DNA of 64,000 bases from Candidatus Magasanikiibacteriota bacterium. Its GTDB lineage: Bacteria > Patescibacteriota > Patescibacteriia > Magasanikbacterales > UBA922. The stretch lies in NCBI GenBank assembly GCA_014729395.1, contig WJJZ01000002.1:64673-128672 (forward strand), written 5' to 3'. Below are positions 61,600 to 64,000 of this stretch, piece by piece; the first letter of the stretch is position 1, and each line of letters begins with the position of its first letter. The position numbers and the translations under genes are program-made. The notes under the pieces were generated by a model. It had not been told where the DNA came from, ran no database searches, and saw only the letters and a list, made by a program, of their open reading frames with translations.

Positions 61600-62225
61600 T
61601 AATTCGGATATGCTGATAACCTGCCTGCCGGCAGGCGGTGCAGATTTTCGGATAGTTTAAAATTAAATTAATATTTAGATCGGGATTATTCCCGTTTTTT
61701 TTATTTTTTATAAAAAATTTAAGTTTATTTCATAAGCATTATGATAAGATTATAAATATTAAATTAATTAAGATTTTATGGAAAATAAATTAATATATGA
61801 GGAGTTAACTTATAAAATAAGAGGGTGTTTATATAAAGTCCATAATGAATTAGGCAGGTTATGTAATGAAAAACAATATGGTGATGCTTTAGAAGGCGAG
61901 TTAAAGAAAGAAGGAATACAACATAAAAGAGAGAAAATATTGGATAAATGTTTTGACGTTGAAAAATTTGGTAGAAATAGAGTTGATTTTATTGTTGAGG
62001 ATAAAATAATTTTAGAGCTCAAAACCAGTAATTGTTTAAGTAAAAATGATTATTTTCAGTGTCAAAGATACTTAACAAGTTCTGGTTTAAGACTGGCTTT
62101 ATTAGTCAATTTTAGATCAAAAAGAGTTGTAATCAAGAGAGTTCTCAATACGAAGATGTATAAAAATAAATAATTTTATAAAGGACTATCCGTAAATCCG
62201 CATTATCAGCATATCCGAATTATTA
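61597..62225. mobile_element. GxxExxY gene bracketed by ~40-bp inverted repeats
   Basis: TAATAATTCGGATATGCTGATAA...TGCAGATTTTCGGATAGT versus the reverse complement at 62185-62225. Confidence 0.6.
61778..62173 (+). CDS. GxxExxY PD-(D/E)XK nuclease-fold protein
   Basis: VHNELGRLCNEKQY, DFIVEDKIILELK, Q...YL, LLVNF. Confidence 0.9.
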   Translation: MENKLIYEELTYKIRGCLYKVHNELGRLCNEKQYGDALEGELKKEGIQHKREKILDKCFDVEKFGRNRVDFIVEDKIILELKTSNCLSKNDYFQCQRYLTSSGLRLALLVNFRSKRVVIKRVLNTKMYKNK

Positions 62226-62228
62226 TTT

Positions 62229-62621
62229 ATGTCACAAACAACCAAACAAAGAACCGGAAGTTGGGGAGAGCAACAAGCTGCTCTTTTTTTAACTAACCTG
62301 GGTTATAATATTTTAGAAAGAAATTATAAAATAAACGGTGGTAAAGAGGGTGAGCTTGATATTGTTGCTATCCATAAAAAGGATTTTTTAGGTGAAACCT
62401 TGTGTTTCGTAGAAGTAAAAACCAGAGGCCAAAAAGACGGTTCAGCCGAACGGGCTACAAGAGGAAATAAGATCAACAAATTTATGAAAGCCGGGCGTGC
62501 TTATTGTTTGGAGCAAGATATTAATATTGATTCTACTCCAATTCAGTTTGAGCAGGTTAGTGTGTACAAGGGTGAAGATGGGAGTGTTGAAATAAAGCAT
62601 TATGAAATTCCGGTGGGTTAG
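62229..62621 (+). CDS. YraN (UPF0102) family protein
   Basis: G..GE..A, GELDIV, FVEVKTR. Confidence 0.9.
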   Translation: MSQTTKQRTGSWGEQQAALFLTNLGYNILERNYKINGGKEGELDIVAIHKKDFLGETLCFVEVKTRGQKDGSAERATRGNKINKFMKAGRAYCLEQDINIDSTPIQFEQVSVYKGEDGSVEIKHYEIPVG

Positions 62622-62752
62622 CAGTTCTCAGTTCTCAGTTCTCAGCCAACAGTATTGTTTAAAGTCAAAATTTAATCGACTTCTGCTGGTCTTCGACTCC
62701 GGGCTCTAGCGATTTCGTCGTTCAGGTTTGAGGAGTTGTGAATTGTGAACTG
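62622..62752 (+). repeat. Dispersed ~125-bp structured element, copy 2
   Basis: Reverse complement aligns with 18379-18502. Confidence 0.85.
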
Positions 62753-62794
62753 TTGTATTGACAAACGTGAAAAAATGTGATATTATCTATTTAT

Positions 62795-62824
62795 AGTAGC
62801 ATAATCACAATGCTGCTTTTTTTA
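62795..62824 (+). terminator. Terminator in the nusA 5' leader
   Basis: AGTAGCAT-AATCACA-ATGCTGCT plus T-tract just after TTGACA-N17-TATTAT. Confidence 0.6.
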
Positions 62825-62825
62825 T

Positions 62826-62985
62826 ATCACGATACTGATATACGGATAATTCAGATTTACGGATCGTATTTTCTTAAATCAATATATTATTAACAAATTA
62901 AGAACAAATGATCCGTAGATCGGTGTGCATCCCTGCCTGCCGGCAGGCAGGTGTAAATCCGTATCGTGATTATCCGTATTATTAT
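62826..62985. repeat. CGGAT-type inverted repeat element with CCTGCCTGCCGGCAGGCAGG palindrome
   Basis: ATACGGATAAT...TTTACGGATC / GATCCGTA...AAATCCGTA...TTATCCGTAT. Confidence 0.65.
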
Positions 62986-62999
62986 TAATAAATTGACGT

Positions 63000-64000
63000 A
63001 TGTCAGAAGTATCAAAAATGATAAAAATGATTTGCGATGAAAAAGGTCTTGATTATGACACTGTGCTTGAAGCTATTCAAACAGCTTTGGGGGCGGCTTA
63101 TCGTAAAGATTTTGGAAATCGTCAACAAAATATAAAAACAAAATTTGATCCCGATTCACAGGACATGGAAATGTGGGACGTAAAAGAGGTGGTGGAGGAT
63201 ATTGATGAGGAGACTTTGGAAAAAGCCCAAGAAGAGTTGGCCGAAAGGCGCGAAAAGGCTTTGGCGGAAGGCAGAGAATTGTCTGAAGAGGAAATTGAAG
63301 ATTTGCCGCGTTTTAACCCAAAGACTCAGATGATGATTAGTGATGCCAAAGAAATCGATAAAAAAGCAAGTGTTGGGGATATATTGGAAATACCTTTGGA
63401 AATTCCTGGTGATTTTGGTCGCATGGCTGCCCAGACCGCCAAACAAGTTATTATTCAAAAATTACGTGAAGCCGAGAGAAATAGCGTTTATGATGATTTG
63501 AAAGAACAGGAAGAACAAATAATTCAAGGGGTGGTACAAAGACGTGATCGTTCAGGAGCTGTAATAATTGATCTTGGTAAAATTACCGGACTTTTACCTC
63601 AAAATGAACAAATTCGTGGTGAAAAGTATATTCCGGGCAAACGCATGCGTTTTTACGTAATTTCTGTTGATATCGGTACTCGCGGTCCGGAAGTGGTCTT
63701 ATCCAGATCACATGAGGATATGGTTAAAACCGTTTTTGAACAGGAAATCCCTGAAATTGCCGACGGTTCGGTGATTATAAAAAAGATCGCTCGCGATCCG
63801 GGTCACCGTTCAAAAGTTTCCGTTTTTACAGAAGATGAATCAATTGATCCAATTGGCTCATGTATTGGCCAGCGTGGTAGTCGTATTACTACAATTATAG
63901 ATGAGCTTGGCGGTGAAAAAGTTGATATAATTTTATACAGTGAAGATATAGTTGAATATATTAAAAATTCTTTATCACCGGCAAAAATAGATGAAGTTGA
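63000..64000 (+). CDS. nusA: Transcription factor NusA (partial, runs off the window)
   Basis: MSEVSKMIKMICDEKG..., FGRMAAQTAKQVIIQK, IARDPG.RSK, GSCIGQRGSR. Confidence 0.95.
   Translation, partial: MSEVSKMIKMICDEKGLDYDTVLEAIQTALGAAYRKDFGNRQQNIKTKFDPDSQDMEMWDVKEVVEDIDEETLEKAQEELAERREKALAEGRELSEEEIEDLPRFNPKTQMMISDAKEIDKKASVGDILEIPLEIPGDFGRMAAQTAKQVIIQKLREAERNSVYDDLKEQEEQIIQGVVQRRDRSGAVIIDLGKITGLLPQNEQIRGEKYIPGKRMRFYVISVDIGTRGPEVVLSRSHEDMVKTVFEQEIPEIADGSVIIKKIARDPGHRSKVSVFTEDESIDPIGSCIGQRGSRITTIIDELGGEKVDIILYSEDIVEYIKNSLSPAKIDEV

Noticed and set aside
63156-63458. 100-aa minus-strand ORF
   Set aside because: Antisense to nusA, which the ORF track missed because it runs off the window.

Overview
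AT-rich bacterial chromosome segment. Gene content, the scarcity of Shine-Dalgarno sites, short basic N-terminal extensions and CCTGCCTGCCGGCAGGCAGG palindromes suggest a Patescibacteria/CPR (Parcubacteria/ABY1-like) genome; this is an inference. Contents: (1) an atypical pyrimidine operon (cytosine-deaminase-like amidohydrolase, argH, pyrD, LOG, fused pyrE-pyrF, divergent pyrE) behind a duplicated structured leader; (2) guaB, gatB and a dTTP cluster (dCMP deaminase, kinase, thyA, dut, DHFR, tmk); (3) secE-nusG-rplK-(2-hydroxyacid dehydrogenase)-rplA, gyrB, rodA, rplY, rpmE-prfA-prmC, secG, tRNA-Leu, rnj, trpS, tRNA-Asn and a partial nusA; (4) a ~9 kb integrative element at tRNA-Asn with a large serine recombinase, a rolling-circle HUH Rep, DpnI and an adhesin-like pilin, closed by a foreign tRNA-Asn 3' half. 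Most notable non-obvious signals: an Asn5 leader-peptide attenuator directly in front of the tRNA-Asn gene; a classic WW attenuator ahead of a gshA-like gene and trpS; a possible ATCase-free route to pyrimidines; a class of solitary genes that share promoter + boxA-like + strong SD modules in a genome whose core genes lack SD; and several dispersed structured repeat families.
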